The notes beneath the pieces are model-generated. The model did not search any database. It was given only the letters and a program-made list of their open reading frames with translations, and was not told the DNA's origin. The translations under genes and the position numbers were made by a program. Shown piece by piece: positions 41,588-52,413 of a stretch of DNA of 64,000 nucleotides. Numbering within the stretch: the first letter of the stretch is position 1; each line of letters opens with the position of its first letter. This DNA comes from Myxococcota bacterium. Lineage in GTDB: Bacteria; Myxococcota_A; UBA9160; JAFDDA01. The stretch covers positions 3,424,001-3,488,000 of the forward strand of contig OZ245817.1 in the NCBI GenBank assembly GCA_965228475.1, given 5' to 3'.

Positions 41588-43062
41588 AGCACCCCGTCCC
41601 AGGCGCGCCGTTCGGCCGCGTAGGGATCCCGGGCGAGCGCGGATTCGGCGCCGAAGACCATCGTCGCGCGTGAACCGCTCTCGTAGGCCGGCCAGTCGCT
41701 GCCCGGCGCCCCGTCCGTCGCGAAAGCCAGCCACGCGTCCTGCATGCGGTCGGCCAGCCGGTAGGCCGCGGGCTCGACTCCCACCAGACCGTGGAGGTTC
41801 GGGTCGCCGTCGAGCCCGAAGACGAAGGGGATCTCGAGGGCGTGGCAGGAGCCGAGCGCTCCCTCGAGTGCGGGCGAGGCCCAGGTGAAGAGGTAGCTGT
41901 AGACCGGCGCCTCGTGGGCTTCGGCCAGGCGAAGGGCGGGCATGCGGAAGTAGCGGTCGGTCTCGATCGCGAACCAGAGGTCGGCCGGGCTCGCCGACCG
42001 GCCTTCCGCAGCCGCCTCGTAGGCGGCGATCACGTTGGCGGCCGGGTCTCCGATCGTGCGTTCGCAGCGGCGCAGGAGGGCGGCCGCGTCGAGGCGGCGC
42101 GCCTTCGGATCCGCCAGCCCGAAGAACTTCCACTCGTCGAGGTTCGTCCCGACGAGGATCGGAACGCGAGCGCCCTCCCCCGCCGCGAGCGCGGCCTTCG
42201 GCGCTCGCGGGAGAACGCGGCCGTCCACGGTCGGCTGGAACGGGAGGCCGCGGTGCGCGAGTCCGCGAACGGCGAGCACCTCGGCCTGGGCTTCGAGCAG
42301 GGCCTCGACCGGCGCGGCGTGGAGCCCGTCCACGTCTCCGGGAGCGAGACCGAGGGCCTCGGTGAAACGCTCGGCCACCGCCGCCGCCTGCTCGGGCGTG
42401 GCGGCGTTCTCGGTGGCGCCGCTCTGCAGGATCACGCGGTGGAGGAGGCCGCGGGCCTCCGGCGCGGCCAGCAGGGCGCCGATGCTCATTGCGCCCGCGC
42501 TCTCGCCGAAGACCGTGACGTTGCCGGCGTCGCCGCCGAAGACCTCCGCGTTCTCGCGGACGAAGCGCAGCGCCGCGATCTGGTCGAGCAGGCCGGCGTT
42601 GCCGAGAGCGTCGGGGCGCTCGCGATCGAGCCCGGGCAGGGCCAGCCAGCCGAGGGCCCCGAGCCGGTAGTGGATCGTCACGACGACGACGTCGCCGCGC
42701 TGGGCGAGGCGGGCCCCGTCGTAGACGGGCTGGGAGCCCGCGCCGACCGTGAAGCTCCCGCCGTGGACCCACACCAGGATCGGCCGTTTGCGGGCGCCGG
42801 CCGGCGTGAAGACGTCGAGCGTGTGGCAGTCCTCGTCCGCGGCGCCCGGCGTGACGCCGAGCATGCGGGCCACCATGCCGCCGTTCTGGGGTGCGCTCGG
42901 CGGGACTTCGAGCGCGTCGCGAACGCCGGCCCAGGGCTTCGGCGGCCGGGGCGCGGCCCAGCGCGAGGGCGCCTCGGCGAAGGGCACGCCGCGGAAGACG
43001 TGGAGCCCATCCTCGGCGTGGCCGCGGATCCGGCCCGCACTCGTTTCGACGACGACGTCCAT
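41584..43062 (-). CDS. Type B carboxylesterase/lipase
   Basis: FRGVPFA, EDCHTL, WVHGGSF, GNAGLLDQ, FGESAGA, HALEIPFVFG. Confidence 0.93.
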   Translation of the reverse strand: MDVVVETSAGRIRGHAEDGLHVFRGVPFAEAPSRWAAPRPPKPWAGVRDALEVPPSAPQNGGMVARMLGVTPGAADEDCHTLDVFTPAGARKRPILVWVHGGSFTVGAGSQPVYDGARLAQRGDVVVVTIHYRLGALGWLALPGLDRERPDALGNAGLLDQIAALRFVRENAEVFGGDAGNVTVFGESAGAMSIGALLAAPEARGLLHRVILQSGATENAATPEQAAAVAERFTEALGLAPGDVDGLHAAPVEALLEAQAEVLAVRGLAHRGLPFQPTVDGRVLPRAPKAALAAGEGARVPILVGTNLDEWKFFGLADPKARRLDAAALLRRCERTIGDPAANVIAAYEAAAEGRSASPADLWFAIETDRYFRMPALRLAEAHEAPVYSYLFTWASPALEGALGSCHALEIPFVFGLDGDPNLHGLVGVEPAAYRLADRMQDAWLAFATDGAPGSDWPAYESGSRATMVFGAESALARDPYAAERRAWDGVL

Positions 43063-43119
43063 GACCCGGACATTATAGACGGTCCCTGGGGACCCTCGGA
43101 TCTGGTAACTCCGGAGGCG

Positions 43120-44076
43120 TTGGCCTCGCATCCGCACAACGCCCGCCGCCCTCCGCACAACGTCCGCCGCGGAGCGGCGCACGCCGAGCCCGGCCCGGAG
43201 CCGCGCCGCCCGCCCGCCTGGCGCCTGTTCTCGGTCGTCGCCCTCGGCGCCCTCGGCATCGCGGCGGCGGCGATCTTCGTCCGGCTTGCCCTTCCGGCGC
43301 CCCCGGTCGTGACCGGCTTCTACCGCATGGCGTTCGCGTTGCCGGTGCTCGCGGCCGTCGTCGCCTGGCAGGGCGGCTTCCGCGACGCGCCCACCCGGGC
43401 GCTCGGGCTCGCCTTCAGCGCCGGGCTCTTCTTCGGCGCGGACCTCTCGCTCTGGCACCTCGCCCTGGTCGAGACCTCGGTCGCCAGCGCCACCCTGCTC
43501 GTCAACACGACGCCGATCCCGATCGGACTGTGGAGCCTGCTCGTCCTGCGCGAGCGCCCCGGTCGCCCCTTCGTGGCCGGCGCGTTCCTCGCGCTCTGCG
43601 GCACGACGCTCCTCCTCGGGTCGGATCTGCGAGAAGGAATCGGCTGGCACGGCGGTGCCCTCGCCCTCGGCGCCGCCTTCTTCTACGCCGGGTACCTCGT
43701 CCTGATCCAGGCGGCGCGCAGCGGGCTCGATGCGTGGACGGGGACGCTCGCCTCGACGGCCGGCGGCGTGCTGGTGATCGGCGTCTTCGCCGCGGTGCGC
43801 GGAGATTCGTTCAGCGGCTTCCCGCCCCACTCCTGGGCGACCTTCGTGGCCGCCGCGCTGGTCTCCCACGTCGGCGGCGTGCTCGGGATCGCCTGGGCCC
43901 TGCGCTGGCTGCGCGCGACGTTCGCCTCGGTCGCCCTGCTGATCCAGCCGCTCGGCGCGACGCTCCTGGCGTGGTGGCTCTTCGACGAGACGCTCTCGCC
44001 CGGGCAGGCGCTCGGCGGCGTCGCGGTGCTCGCGGGGATCTTCGTCGCTTCGCGGGGCGCGCTCCGGACGCGCTAG
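43120..44076 (+). CDS. DMT/EamA family transporter
   Basis: TTG after GGAGG; about 10 TM helices, GFYRM, TSVASATLLVNTTP, LIQPLGA, FDETL. Confidence 0.88.
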   Translation: MASHPHNARRPPHNVRRGAAHAEPGPEPRRPPAWRLFSVVALGALGIAAAAIFVRLALPAPPVVTGFYRMAFALPVLAAVVAWQGGFRDAPTRALGLAFSAGLFFGADLSLWHLALVETSVASATLLVNTTPIPIGLWSLLVLRERPGRPFVAGAFLALCGTTLLLGSDLREGIGWHGGALALGAAFFYAGYLVLIQAARSGLDAWTGTLASTAGGVLVIGVFAAVRGDSFSGFPPHSWATFVAAALVSHVGGVLGIAWALRWLRATFASVALLIQPLGATLLAWWLFDETLSPGQALGGVAVLAGIFVASRGALRTR

Positions 44077-44098
44077 AGGCTCCGGCCTCGGGGGCGCT

Positions 44099-45355
44099 TC
44101 AGGCCGCCTCGGCCGACAGCCCGTTCACCCAGACGTAGGCGTCGAGGAGCGCCTGCCGGAGCTCCGGCGTGCCGAGTTCGTAGCGGTCGAGGTGCTTCGA
44201 GATCTCGGGCACGTCGAGGCGTTCGATGCCTTCGGCGATCGCGAGGAAGGCACCCAGGTCACCTTCGCCGTGGAGCAGCGCCGCGTGGATTTCCGGCTCG
44301 AGGCTCATCGTCTCGAGCAGCTCCGTCCGCGGCACGCCGAGCAGCGCGTCGGCCAGGGAGAGCATGCCGACGAGGAAGGCGCGGTCGGCCACCTGCCGAT
44401 CGCTGTGCGGGTCGCTCTCGCGGCTCGCGAGTCCGACGATGTTCTCCATCAACCGCCCGCGCACGGCCGCGGTCTGGAGCAGTGCGGAGCTGCCCGGCTC
44501 CGAGTCGGCCCCCGCGAAGAGCAGCAGGGTGAGCCAGCGCCGGAGCTGCCGGCGGCCGAGGTAGGCCACGGCCTCGGCGACGCTCGCCACGTTCACCGCC
44601 CGGCCCATCGCCGCCGAGTTCACCAGGCGCAGCAGGTTCAGGCCGAGGTCCGCGTTCTGCTTGATCGTGTCGGCGAGCGGCTCGGAGTCGACGTCGGCCG
44701 AGAGCTGCTCGATCGCCTGGAGCACGGTGGCGCGCGCCGGGTCGATGGCCTTGCCGCTCACGACCGTCGGCTTCGAGAAGAAGTAGCCCTGGTAGAGGTC
44801 GAAGCCGAGCTGCTTGCAGCGCTCGAACTCCTCGCGGTCCTCGACCTTCTCGGCGAGCAGCAGGACGTCGTTCCGCCGCAGCCGGGAGACGAGCCGCGGG
44901 AGGTCCTTCATGCCGACGTCGAGGATGTCGACCTTGACCAGGTCGACCCGCTCGAGGAGCGGCTCGCGGGGGTCCCGCAGCACGTAGTCGTCGAGCGCGA
45001 GGCGGTAGCCGAGGCGCCGGAGCGCGCTGCAGCGGGCGGCGACCCGCGGCCCGGGCTTCACCGTCTCGAGGATCTCAAGCACCACGCGCTCCTTGGGGAG
45101 CGCTTCGAGCATCTCGTCGTGGAAGACCGTCTCGGTCAGATTCAGGAAGGCATCGGCCTTGCCGCCGAGGACCGCGTCGACGCCCATGCGCGCGAAGGTG
45201 TTGACGATCACCCGCACCGCCGCGACGTCGTAGTCGTCGATCGAGGCGAAGGTGGCGGTCGCCGAATCGCGGAACAGCAGCTCGTAGGCCGCGACGCGGC
45301 CGTGCCGGTCGAGGATCGGCTGCCGCCCGATGAAGATGTCGCGATCGCCGCTCAC
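44099..45355 (-). CDS. EAL-like plus HDOD domain signalling protein
   Basis: IGRQPILD, YELLFR, VVLEILE, LALDDY, LLAEKVE, YQGYFF, LLRLVNSA, AFLVGMLS. Confidence 0.9.
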   Translation of the reverse strand: MSGDRDIFIGRQPILDRHGRVAAYELLFRDSATATFASIDDYDVAAVRVIVNTFARMGVDAVLGGKADAFLNLTETVFHDEMLEALPKERVVLEILETVKPGPRVAARCSALRRLGYRLALDDYVLRDPREPLLERVDLVKVDILDVGMKDLPRLVSRLRRNDVLLLAEKVEDREEFERCKQLGFDLYQGYFFSKPTVVSGKAIDPARATVLQAIEQLSADVDSEPLADTIKQNADLGLNLLRLVNSAAMGRAVNVASVAEAVAYLGRRQLRRWLTLLLFAGADSEPGSSALLQTAAVRGRLMENIVGLASRESDPHSDRQVADRAFLVGMLSLADALLGVPRTELLETMSLEPEIHAALLHGEGDLGAFLAIAEGIERLDVPEISKHLDRYELGTPELRQALLDAYVWVNGLSAEAA

Positions 45356-45412
45356 CCCCGGCTCATCGGCCGTTCCGGCAGGCTCGGACAGCGTGCTTCC
45401 CCCGAGAGCGCC

Positions 45413-46267
45413 TCAGGTCTTGAAGGGGAGCTCCGGCCACCAGGGGTAGAAATCCGGAAGGTCCTCGCTGGGCTTCATCGAGAACGCGGGGGGCCGCTTC
45501 TCGAGGAAACTCTGCACGCCCTCGTAGGCATCCGGGGAACGCCCCATGGAGTAGATGGCCTGGGAGTCGATGCGGTGGGCCTCCATCGGGTGCTCGGCCC
45601 CGAGCATCTTCCAGAGGAGTTGCCGGGAGAGTGCGATCGACACGGCGCTCGTGTTCTCGGCGATCTCGCGCGCCAGGGCCTGCGCTTCCCCGAGGAGGTC
45701 GTCGTGGGGGACGATGCGCGAGACGAGCCCCCCGGCCAGCGCCTCCTCGACCGGGAACACCCGGCCCGTCGCCACCCACTCCATGGCCTGGCTGATGCCG
45801 ACCACGCGTGGGAGGAACCAGCTGCTGCAGGCCTCGGGCACGATGCCGCGCCGGGCGAACACGAAGCCCATCTTCGCGCGGTCGCTCGCGAGACGGACGT
45901 CCATCGGGAGCGTCATCGTGATGCCGACCCCGACGGCCGGCCCGTTGATCGCGGCGATCAGGGGCTTCTTGCAGTCGAAGAAGCGGAGCGTGACGCGCCC
46001 GCCGCCGTCCCGGTGGTCGCTCACCTCTTCGTGGCCGCTCGAATCGAAGGTTTCGCCCCCGCCGCCGAGATCCGCGCCGGCGCAGAAGCCCCGCCCGGCG
46101 CCCGTGAAGACCACGGCCCGCACGGCGTCGTCCGCGTCGATCTCGTCCGTCAACGCGAGCAGGTCGTTCATCATCTGGGTGGTGAACGCGTTCATGCGGT
46201 CCGGACGGTTCAGGGTCACCGTCAAGACGCCGCCGGTGCGCTCGGTCAGCAGGGTTTCGTAGGCCAT
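45413..46267 (-). CDS. Enoyl-CoA hydratase/isomerase family protein
   Basis: LNRPDRMNA, FCAGADL, KPLIAAINGPAVGVG, GIVPEA; GAGGAGGAG RBS. Confidence 0.92.
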   Translation of the reverse strand: MAYETLLTERTGGVLTVTLNRPDRMNAFTTQMMNDLLALTDEIDADDAVRAVVFTGAGRGFCAGADLGGGGETFDSSGHEEVSDHRDGGGRVTLRFFDCKKPLIAAINGPAVGVGITMTLPMDVRLASDRAKMGFVFARRGIVPEACSSWFLPRVVGISQAMEWVATGRVFPVEEALAGGLVSRIVPHDDLLGEAQALAREIAENTSAVSIALSRQLLWKMLGAEHPMEAHRIDSQAIYSMGRSPDAYEGVQSFLEKRPPAFSMKPSEDLPDFYPWWPELPFKT

Positions 46268-46335
46268 GTCGGTTCGCTCCTCCTCGGGTGCGCGGTAGGA
46301 TACAGCGCCAAACCCCACTTCCGAGGAGAGCTTTC

Positions 46336-46626
46336 ATGCCGCTGTACGTGATCATCGGCCGGGATGGCCCGCGCGGCCTCGAACTCCGCAAGCAACACCG
46401 CGACGCCCATCTCGCCGGGCTCGAGGGCCTCGAGGCGGCCGGCCGCATCCGGCACGCCGGGCCGCTTCGCGACGAAGCCGGCGATCCGTGCGGCTCGGTG
46501 ATCGTGTTCGAAGCCGAGAGCCTCGAGGAGGCGCGGCGCCAGGCGGCCTCGGACCCCTACGTGACCGAGGGCGTCTTCGCGAGCCACGAGGTCTTCGAGA
46601 CCCTCCAGGTCTTCCCGAAGGCGTAG
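46336..46626 (+). CDS. yciI: YciI family protein
   Basis: R...RDAHL, AGPL, GSVIV, DPY motifs; GAGGAG RBS. Confidence 0.85.
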   Translation: MPLYVIIGRDGPRGLELRKQHRDAHLAGLEGLEAAGRIRHAGPLRDEAGDPCGSVIVFEAESLEEARRQAASDPYVTEGVFASHEVFETLQVFPKA

Positions 46627-46648
46627 CGCCCCCCGCAGCGCCCCTGCC

Positions 46649-47437
46649 CTAGTAGCGATGGCTCGGGATGTTGGGCGGGCTCGGGGTGCTGGGTGGACTC
46701 GGGATGCTGTGCACGTCCGGCGACGAGGAGGGCGGCCGCGGCTTCGTCACGTTGCCCGGCAGGGTCGGCTTGCGCTGCCCCGTCTCGATCTCGCTGCGGA
46801 AGGGTCGATCGAGCGGATCGGTCTGGTCTTCCTCGTCCTTCGTGGCTTCGCGCGGTTCGCTCGGCTCGTCGCCGAGGCTCTCGACCGAGCTCGCGTCGTC
46901 CTTCTGGTCGATGACGGCCATCCCGCGCACGCCGCGCACGACGATCTTGCCCTCGCGCAGGATCACGGTGGTCGCGAAGTCGACGGCCGCGACCAGCACG
47001 TCGAAGATCGTCCCGCGCACGCCGATCGAAGCCACGGGCGTCTTCACCTCGTAGCTCTCGGGCTCGAGCACCCCCGTGGTGAAGCGCATCAGGCCGACGC
47101 CCATCTCGACGAGGACCTTCCCGGAGCCGCTCGAAGGCTCGTAGACGAAGTCGTCGATGTGGATGCGGGAGCTCGGGCCGACCACGAGTTCGGTCTCGTC
47201 GTGCAGCTCGATCTTCGCCCGGGCCTTCTTCTCGGTCTCGATCCAGTCGCCCCTATAGACGGCGTCGCCCCGCCCGACGCGGCGCGAGTCCGCCCCGAGC
47301 GTCGCCATCACCTTCTTCTCGACCGCCACGATCTTGCCCACGGGCTCCGCGCCGGAAGCCGCCGGATCGTCGGCCGCGGAGGGCGCGGACGTCGCGAGCA
47401 TCGAGCACAGCGTGAGGATGACGAGCAGGGGTCGCAT
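46649..47437 (-). CDS. Secreted FecR-domain protein with Pro-rich tail
   Basis: Signal peptide, GDWIET, DETELVVGPSS, KTPVASIGVRGT. Confidence 0.8.
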   Translation of the reverse strand: MRPLLVILTLCSMLATSAPSAADDPAASGAEPVGKIVAVEKKVMATLGADSRRVGRGDAVYRGDWIETEKKARAKIELHDETELVVGPSSRIHIDDFVYEPSSGSGKVLVEMGVGLMRFTTGVLEPESYEVKTPVASIGVRGTIFDVLVAAVDFATTVILREGKIVVRGVRGMAVIDQKDDASSVESLGDEPSEPREATKDEEDQTDPLDRPFRSEIETGQRKPTLPGNVTKPRPPSSSPDVHSIPSPPSTPSPPNIPSHRY

Positions 47438-47477
47438 GAGGGCTCCCGAGGGTGAAGTCCGCCGAGCCGGACCGCGT

Positions 47478-48185
47478 TCAGTCGAGCTTTACCGTCTGGC
47501 GCTCGGGCCGATCGAGCAGCACCGTCCGGATGTCGGCCAGGACGAGGCGCGGGTCCATCAAGCCCACACTGTAGACGTTGCGGACCCGGCGGCGCTCGTC
47601 GAGCAGGTAGACCTTCAGCACGTGCTCGAGGACGCCGGTTTCGGCCCCGTCGACGTCGAGCAGGGAGACCACGCGCTGGCCGTAGTCTTCGAGCACCGGA
47701 GCCAGGGCTTCGGGGCTCGCCGAGGTGAGGAAGCGCCAGTCGGTGCGGGGGGCGAGGCCCTCGCGGAGCGCGCGCATCCGTGCGGGCGAGTCGCGCTTCG
47801 GGTCGAAGCTCACGGTCAAGAGCCGCACGTGCTCGCGCAGGTCCTTCCGCTCGGCGATGGCGCGGTCGAGCTGCTGCAGCGTCGCCAGGGCCATCGGACA
47901 GCTCTGACCACAGCTCGCGTAGATGAAGGCGACGACGGCGACCTGACCGGGCGCGAGGTCCGGCACCCCATGGGGCTGCCCCGCTTCATCGAGCAGCACG
48001 TGTTCCGCGACGCTTCCGAAGGCCGGGAGTTCGTAGCTCCCCGGGGCCGGCGGCTCGAAGAGCGGCGGCCCCGCGGCGTGCGCCGCCTCCTTCCCGTGGC
48101 CTTCGCTGCCGTGGGCGTGAGCCTCCGGCGCGGCGGCAAAGGCCGCGGCGAGCACGAGCCCGGCGATCGCGAGCCCGTGCCTCAA
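47478..48185 (-). CDS. SCO1/SenC family copper chaperone
   Basis: [11 protein letters not shown] (CxxxC), [21 protein letters not shown] overlap with the upstream mtoX-like stop. Confidence 0.88.
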   Translation of the reverse strand: MRHGLAIAGLVLAAAFAAAPEAHAHGSEGHGKEAAHAAGPPLFEPPAPGSYELPAFGSVAEHVLLDEAGQPHGVPDLAPGQVAVVAFIYASCGQSCPMALATLQQLDRAIAERKDLREHVRLLTVSFDPKRDSPARMRALREGLAPRTDWRFLTSASPEALAPVLEDYGQRVVSLLDVDGAETGVLEHVLKVYLLDERRRVRNVYSVGLMDPRLVLADIRTVLLDRPERQTVKLD

Positions 48186-49483
48186 CGCGCCGCCACCTGC
48201 GGGGTCGAATCCGTCGCGGCCATGCGGCCCCGGTAGAGGCCGATCTTTCCGAAGCGCATGATGTGGGGCCGGCCGAGCTCCTCGGCGCGGAAGTCGATGG
48301 CGAAGGTCGGCTCGAGGGTCTTGCCGTCCCAGTCGTAGGCCTTCAGGAACTGCTCGTCCTCGCCGCCGAAGCCGTCCCACTTCGAGAGCAGCGAGGACGT
48401 GAAGTAGACGCGCTTCCCGTCCCAGGACTGGGAGACCATGTTCACCTGGGCGCCGATCTTCTTCTCGTGGATGACGCGCGGCGCGCGCGGGTTCGAGACG
48501 TCGAAGACCCGCACCATGCCGTCGAGGAAGGTGTCGACGAAGAGCGTCTTGTCGTCGGAGGAGATGCTGATGTCGACGGGCAGCGGCGTCTTGGACGGAT
48601 CGCCGACGTCCGCCAGCTCGACGGCCTCGAACGTGCCGTCGTCCTTGCGGAAGAGGCCCCAGAGCTTCGAGGTGAGCGCGGTCGTCGTGAAGGCGTAGTG
48701 GTTGCGCGGGTCGAGCGCCCAGCGCACCTCGAGCGGCGCGCCCGGCACTTCGAAGGTCTGGAGCGGGCGGCGCGCGTGGAAGTCCCACACCACCATCTGG
48801 TTGCCGAACTCCTTCATCGCCTCGGCGTCCGCGAGGAGGTCGCCGAGCGGCCGCATGTAGTTCTTGTGGCCCGTGAAGGAGGACGTGATCATGCGGTTCA
48901 GGTTCGCGTTCACGCGCGCGTCGTAGCCGTACTCGGCGCCCGGCGGCATCCAGCGCGTGCGGATGAACTGGCCGTCGTTGCTGTACTCGACGATCGCCGT
49001 CTTGCCGTTCCCGGTGTGGGCGTTGCTCAGGGAAGGGATCAACATCCGGCCGGGCAGCGCGTAGAACCCGTGCGGGCCGACGACGCCGCCGGTCATCTGC
49101 ACGAAATCGTCGATGACCTTCACGAGCTTCGGGCGCGCCGGGTTCGTCGCCACGTCGATGATGAAGATCTTGCTCGTGTCGAGGCCGCCGAGCCAGAGGT
49201 GGCTGCGGTCGTCGGTGAAGCCGCCGTGGTGGGCCTCGTGACGCCCGCCCACGGAGACCGACGAAACGACCTTGCCGTAGTCGGGCCGGGCCGGGTTCGC
49301 GCCGACGGTGACGAGCTTGTCCGAGCCGTCGCCCAGCCCCTCGATCCCGAGCGTCCAGACGTAGATGAAGTCTTCCTGCCCGGTGATCTTCGGGAGGTAG
49401 GGGGATTGGCAGGTCTCGTCCGCGCGCACCTGCGCGGCCGCGAAGAAACCCACCACCAAGGCCAGGGCGACCCGAACGACCAT
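48182..49483 (-). CDS. mtoX: Methanethiol oxidase / selenium-binding protein (SBP56) homologue
   Basis: AAGGAGGAG RBS; signal peptide then [71 protein letters not shown]. Confidence 0.85.
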   Translation of the reverse strand: MVVRVALALVVGFFAAAQVRADETCQSPYLPKITGQEDFIYVWTLGIEGLGDGSDKLVTVGANPARPDYGKVVSSVSVGGRHEAHHGGFTDDRSHLWLGGLDTSKIFIIDVATNPARPKLVKVIDDFVQMTGGVVGPHGFYALPGRMLIPSLSNAHTGNGKTAIVEYSNDGQFIRTRWMPPGAEYGYDARVNANLNRMITSSFTGHKNYMRPLGDLLADAEAMKEFGNQMVVWDFHARRPLQTFEVPGAPLEVRWALDPRNHYAFTTTALTSKLWGLFRKDDGTFEAVELADVGDPSKTPLPVDISISSDDKTLFVDTFLDGMVRVFDVSNPRAPRVIHEKKIGAQVNMVSQSWDGKRVYFTSSLLSKWDGFGGEDEQFLKAYDWDGKTLEPTFAIDFRAEELGRPHIMRFGKIGLYRGRMAATDSTPQVAAR

Positions 49484-49534
49484 CCGCTCTCCTCCTTCGG
49501 ACATGGGATTGCGCCGCGTATAGTACACCGACCG

Positions 49535-50482
49535 ATGCCCGAGCTGCCCGACGTCACGGTCTACGTGGAGAGCATCGCGCGCCGCGCGGTGGGCGAGCCG
49601 CTGCTCGAAGTGCGGGTCACGAGCCCCGCCCTGCTGCGCACCGTCGACCCGCCGCCCTCGGCGCTGGTCGGCCTGCCCCTCGAGGGGGTCCGCCGGCTCG
49701 GCAAGCGGATCGTGCTCGCCTTCGCGGACGAACACTTCTGCGTCATCCACCTCATGATCGCCGGCCGCTTCCGCTGGAAGAAGGGCGCCGCCGCTCCCCC
49801 GAAGAAGCTCGGCCTCGCGGCCTTCCGCTTCGAGCCCGGCACGCTCGTCCTGACCGAGGCGGGAACCAAGCGGCGGGCGACGCTCCACGTGGTGCGGGGC
49901 GAAGCCGCCCTGGCGGAGCTCGACCCGGGCGGCATCGAGCCGCTCGAGACCGACCTCGCCGGTTTCCGCGAGGCGCTGCTCCGTGAAAACCACACCCTGA
50001 AGCGCTCGCTCACGGACCCCCATCTCCTGAGCGGGATCGGCAATGCCTACTCCGACGAGATCCTCCACCGCGCGCGCCTCTCGCCGGTCAAGTGGACGGA
50101 GCGGCTCGGCGACGAAGAGATCGAGCGGCTCTTCGAAGCCACCCGCGCCGTCCTCGAGGAGTGGACGGACCGCCTCCGCGAAGAAGCCGGCGATCGTTTC
50201 CCGGAGAAGGTCACGGCGTTCCGCCCCGAAATGGCCGTCCACGGACGCCATCGCGAGCCCTGCCCCGTCTGCGGCGCGCCGGTGCAGCGCATCGTCTACG
50301 CCTCGAACGAGACCAACTACTGCGCCCCGTGCCAGACCGGCGGGAAGCTCCTCGCCGACCGCGCCATGTCGCGGCTCCTGCGCAAGGACTGGCCGCGCAC
50401 GATCGAGGCGCTCGAGGCCCGGCGGGCAGCCCAGGCGATCGGTCCGCCCGCAGGCCCCGCCAAGGCGAAGAAGAGGAAGTAG
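49535..50482 (+). CDS. Fpg/Nei family DNA glycosylase/AP lyase
   Basis: N-terminal [34 protein letters not shown]...CAPCQ zinc finger. Confidence 0.92.
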   Translation: MPELPDVTVYVESIARRAVGEPLLEVRVTSPALLRTVDPPPSALVGLPLEGVRRLGKRIVLAFADEHFCVIHLMIAGRFRWKKGAAAPPKKLGLAAFRFEPGTLVLTEAGTKRRATLHVVRGEAALAELDPGGIEPLETDLAGFREALLRENHTLKRSLTDPHLLSGIGNAYSDEILHRARLSPVKWTERLGDEEIERLFEATRAVLEEWTDRLREEAGDRFPEKVTAFRPEMAVHGRHREPCPVCGAPVQRIVYASNETNYCAPCQTGGKLLADRAMSRLLRKDWPRTIEALEARRAAQAIGPPAGPAKAKKRK

Positions 50483-50489
50483 CGGCGAC

Positions 50490-52394
50490 CTACGCCCGCG
50501 TCTTCGGGTAGCCGAGACGCCCGAGGGCCTCGGTGATCTCGTCGAGGATCACCGGGTCGTCGATCGTCGCGGGCAGGCGCCAGGGTGAGGCGTCCGCGAT
50601 GCAGCGCATCGTGCCGCGCAGCACCTTGCCCGAGCGCGTCTTCGGAAGCCGCGGCACCACGCAGGCCTGCTTGAAGGCCGCGACGGGCCCGATCGTCTCG
50701 CGCACGCGGGCGACGAGCTCCGCCACGATCTCGGCCTCGGGTCGGTCGACGCCCGCCTTCAGCACCGCGAAGCCCAGGGGGAGCTGGCCCTTCAGTGCGT
50801 CCGCGACCCCGACGACCGCGCACTCGGCGACGTCCGGGTGGCCGGCCAGCACCTCCTCGATCGCGCCGGTCGAGAGGCGGTGCCCGGCGACGTTGATCAC
50901 GTCGTCGGTGCGGCTCATGATCCAGAGGTAGCCGTCCTCGTCGAGGTGCCCGGCGTCGGCGGTCTCGTAGTAGCCGGGGAAGCGCGAGAGGTACTTCTCG
51001 CGGAAACCCTCCTCGTCGTTCCACAGCGTCGGCAGACAGCCCGGGGGCAGAGGCAGCTTCACGACGACGCGCCCGGTCTCGCCCGCCGGCACGGGCCCGC
51101 CTTCGTCGTCGAGGATGCGGACGTCCCAGCCGGGCACGGCCTTCGTCGGCGAGCCGTGCTTGACGGGGAGCGGCTCGAGCCCCCGGCAGTTGGCCGCGAT
51201 CGGCCAGCCCGTCTCCGTCTGCCACCAGTGGTCGATCACCGGGATGCCGAGCGCGCGCTCCGCCCAGGCGACGGTGTCCGGATCCGCGCGCTCGCCCGCC
51301 AGGAAGAGCGTACGCAGGCGGGAGAGGTCGTGATCCGCCACGCGCGCGGCCTCGGGATCCTCGCGCTTGATGCCGCGCAGCGCCGTCGGTGCCGTGAACA
51401 GGGCGTCGACCCCGTGCTCCGCCGCCACCCGCCAGAAGGCGCCGGCATCGGGCGTCCCGACCGGCTTGCCTTCGTAGAGCACCGAGGTGCAACCGAGGAA
51501 GAGCGGCGCGTAGACGATGTAGGAGTGGCCGACGACCCAGCCGATGTCCGAGGCCGCCCAGAACGTCTCGCCCGGCCGCATGCCGTAGACGTTCTCGAGG
51601 CTCCAGTGCAGGGCGACGAGATGCCCGCCCGTGTCGCGGACGACGCCCTTGGGCGTCCCGGTCGTTCCCGAGGTGTAGAGGATGTAGAGCGGGTCCGTCG
51701 CCGCGACGGGGACGCAATCCGCTTCGGGAGCGCCCGCGAGGAAGTCCTCCCAGGACAGATCGCGGGCCGGGTCGAGCTCCGCGGGCTGCTCGTCGCGCTG
51801 AACCACGATGGAGCGCTCCGGGCGGTGGCTCGCGAGTTCGAGGGCGCCGTCGAGGAGAGGCTTGTAGGCGACGATGCGCCCGGGCTCGATCCCGCAGCTC
51901 GCCGCCACGATCACCTTCGGCCGTGCATCGTCGATGCGGCTGGCGAGCTCCTGGGAGGCGAAGCCGCCGAAGACGACCGAGTGGATCGCGCCGAGACGCG
52001 CGCAGGCGAGCATCGCGACCACCGCTTCCGGAATCATCGGCATGTAGACGAGCACGCGATCCCCGGGGCCCACCCCCTGCCGCGCCAGCGCTCCCGCCGC
52101 GCACGCGACCCGGGCACGCAGCACCTCGTACGTGATGCGCTCCTTGCGCCCGGTCACCGGGCTGTCGTAGACGAGTGCGAGACGCGCGCCGTGGCCGGCG
52201 GCGACGTGCCGGTCGAGCGCGTTGTGGCAGGTGTTGGTGACGCCTCCGGGGAACCAGCGGTGGAACGGCGGGCGGGAGGCGTCGAGCACTCGCGCGTAGG
52301 GCTCGAACCAATCGATGGCCCGTGCCGCTTCTCCCCAGAACCCTTCCGGGTCTTCGAGCGATCGGCGCCAGGCCGCTTCATGCGCACCGTTCAC
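50490..52394 (-). CDS. prpE: Propionyl-CoA synthetase
   Basis: YILYTSGTTGTPKGVVRD, ASDIGWVVGHSY, DHWWQTETG, VAGHRLSTG, LPKTRSGK. Confidence 0.88.
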   Translation of the reverse strand: MNGAHEAAWRRSLEDPEGFWGEAARAIDWFEPYARVLDASRPPFHRWFPGGVTNTCHNALDRHVAAGHGARLALVYDSPVTGRKERITYEVLRARVACAAGALARQGVGPGDRVLVYMPMIPEAVVAMLACARLGAIHSVVFGGFASQELASRIDDARPKVIVAASCGIEPGRIVAYKPLLDGALELASHRPERSIVVQRDEQPAELDPARDLSWEDFLAGAPEADCVPVAATDPLYILYTSGTTGTPKGVVRDTGGHLVALHWSLENVYGMRPGETFWAASDIGWVVGHSYIVYAPLFLGCTSVLYEGKPVGTPDAGAFWRVAAEHGVDALFTAPTALRGIKREDPEAARVADHDLSRLRTLFLAGERADPDTVAWAERALGIPVIDHWWQTETGWPIAANCRGLEPLPVKHGSPTKAVPGWDVRILDDEGGPVPAGETGRVVVKLPLPPGCLPTLWNDEEGFREKYLSRFPGYYETADAGHLDEDGYLWIMSRTDDVINVAGHRLSTGAIEEVLAGHPDVAECAVVGVADALKGQLPLGFAVLKAGVDRPEAEIVAELVARVRETIGPVAAFKQACVVPRLPKTRSGKVLRGTMRCIADASPWRLPATIDDPVILDEITEALGRLGYPKTRA

Positions 52395-52413
52395 GATTCC
52401 TCCCCTCCGCGCT

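Noticed and set aside
43131..43170. Tandem repeat tccgcacaacg(c/t)ccgccgc with 21-bp period at the DMT gene start
   Set aside because: A two-copy in-frame duplication in a disordered N-terminus; probably neutral.
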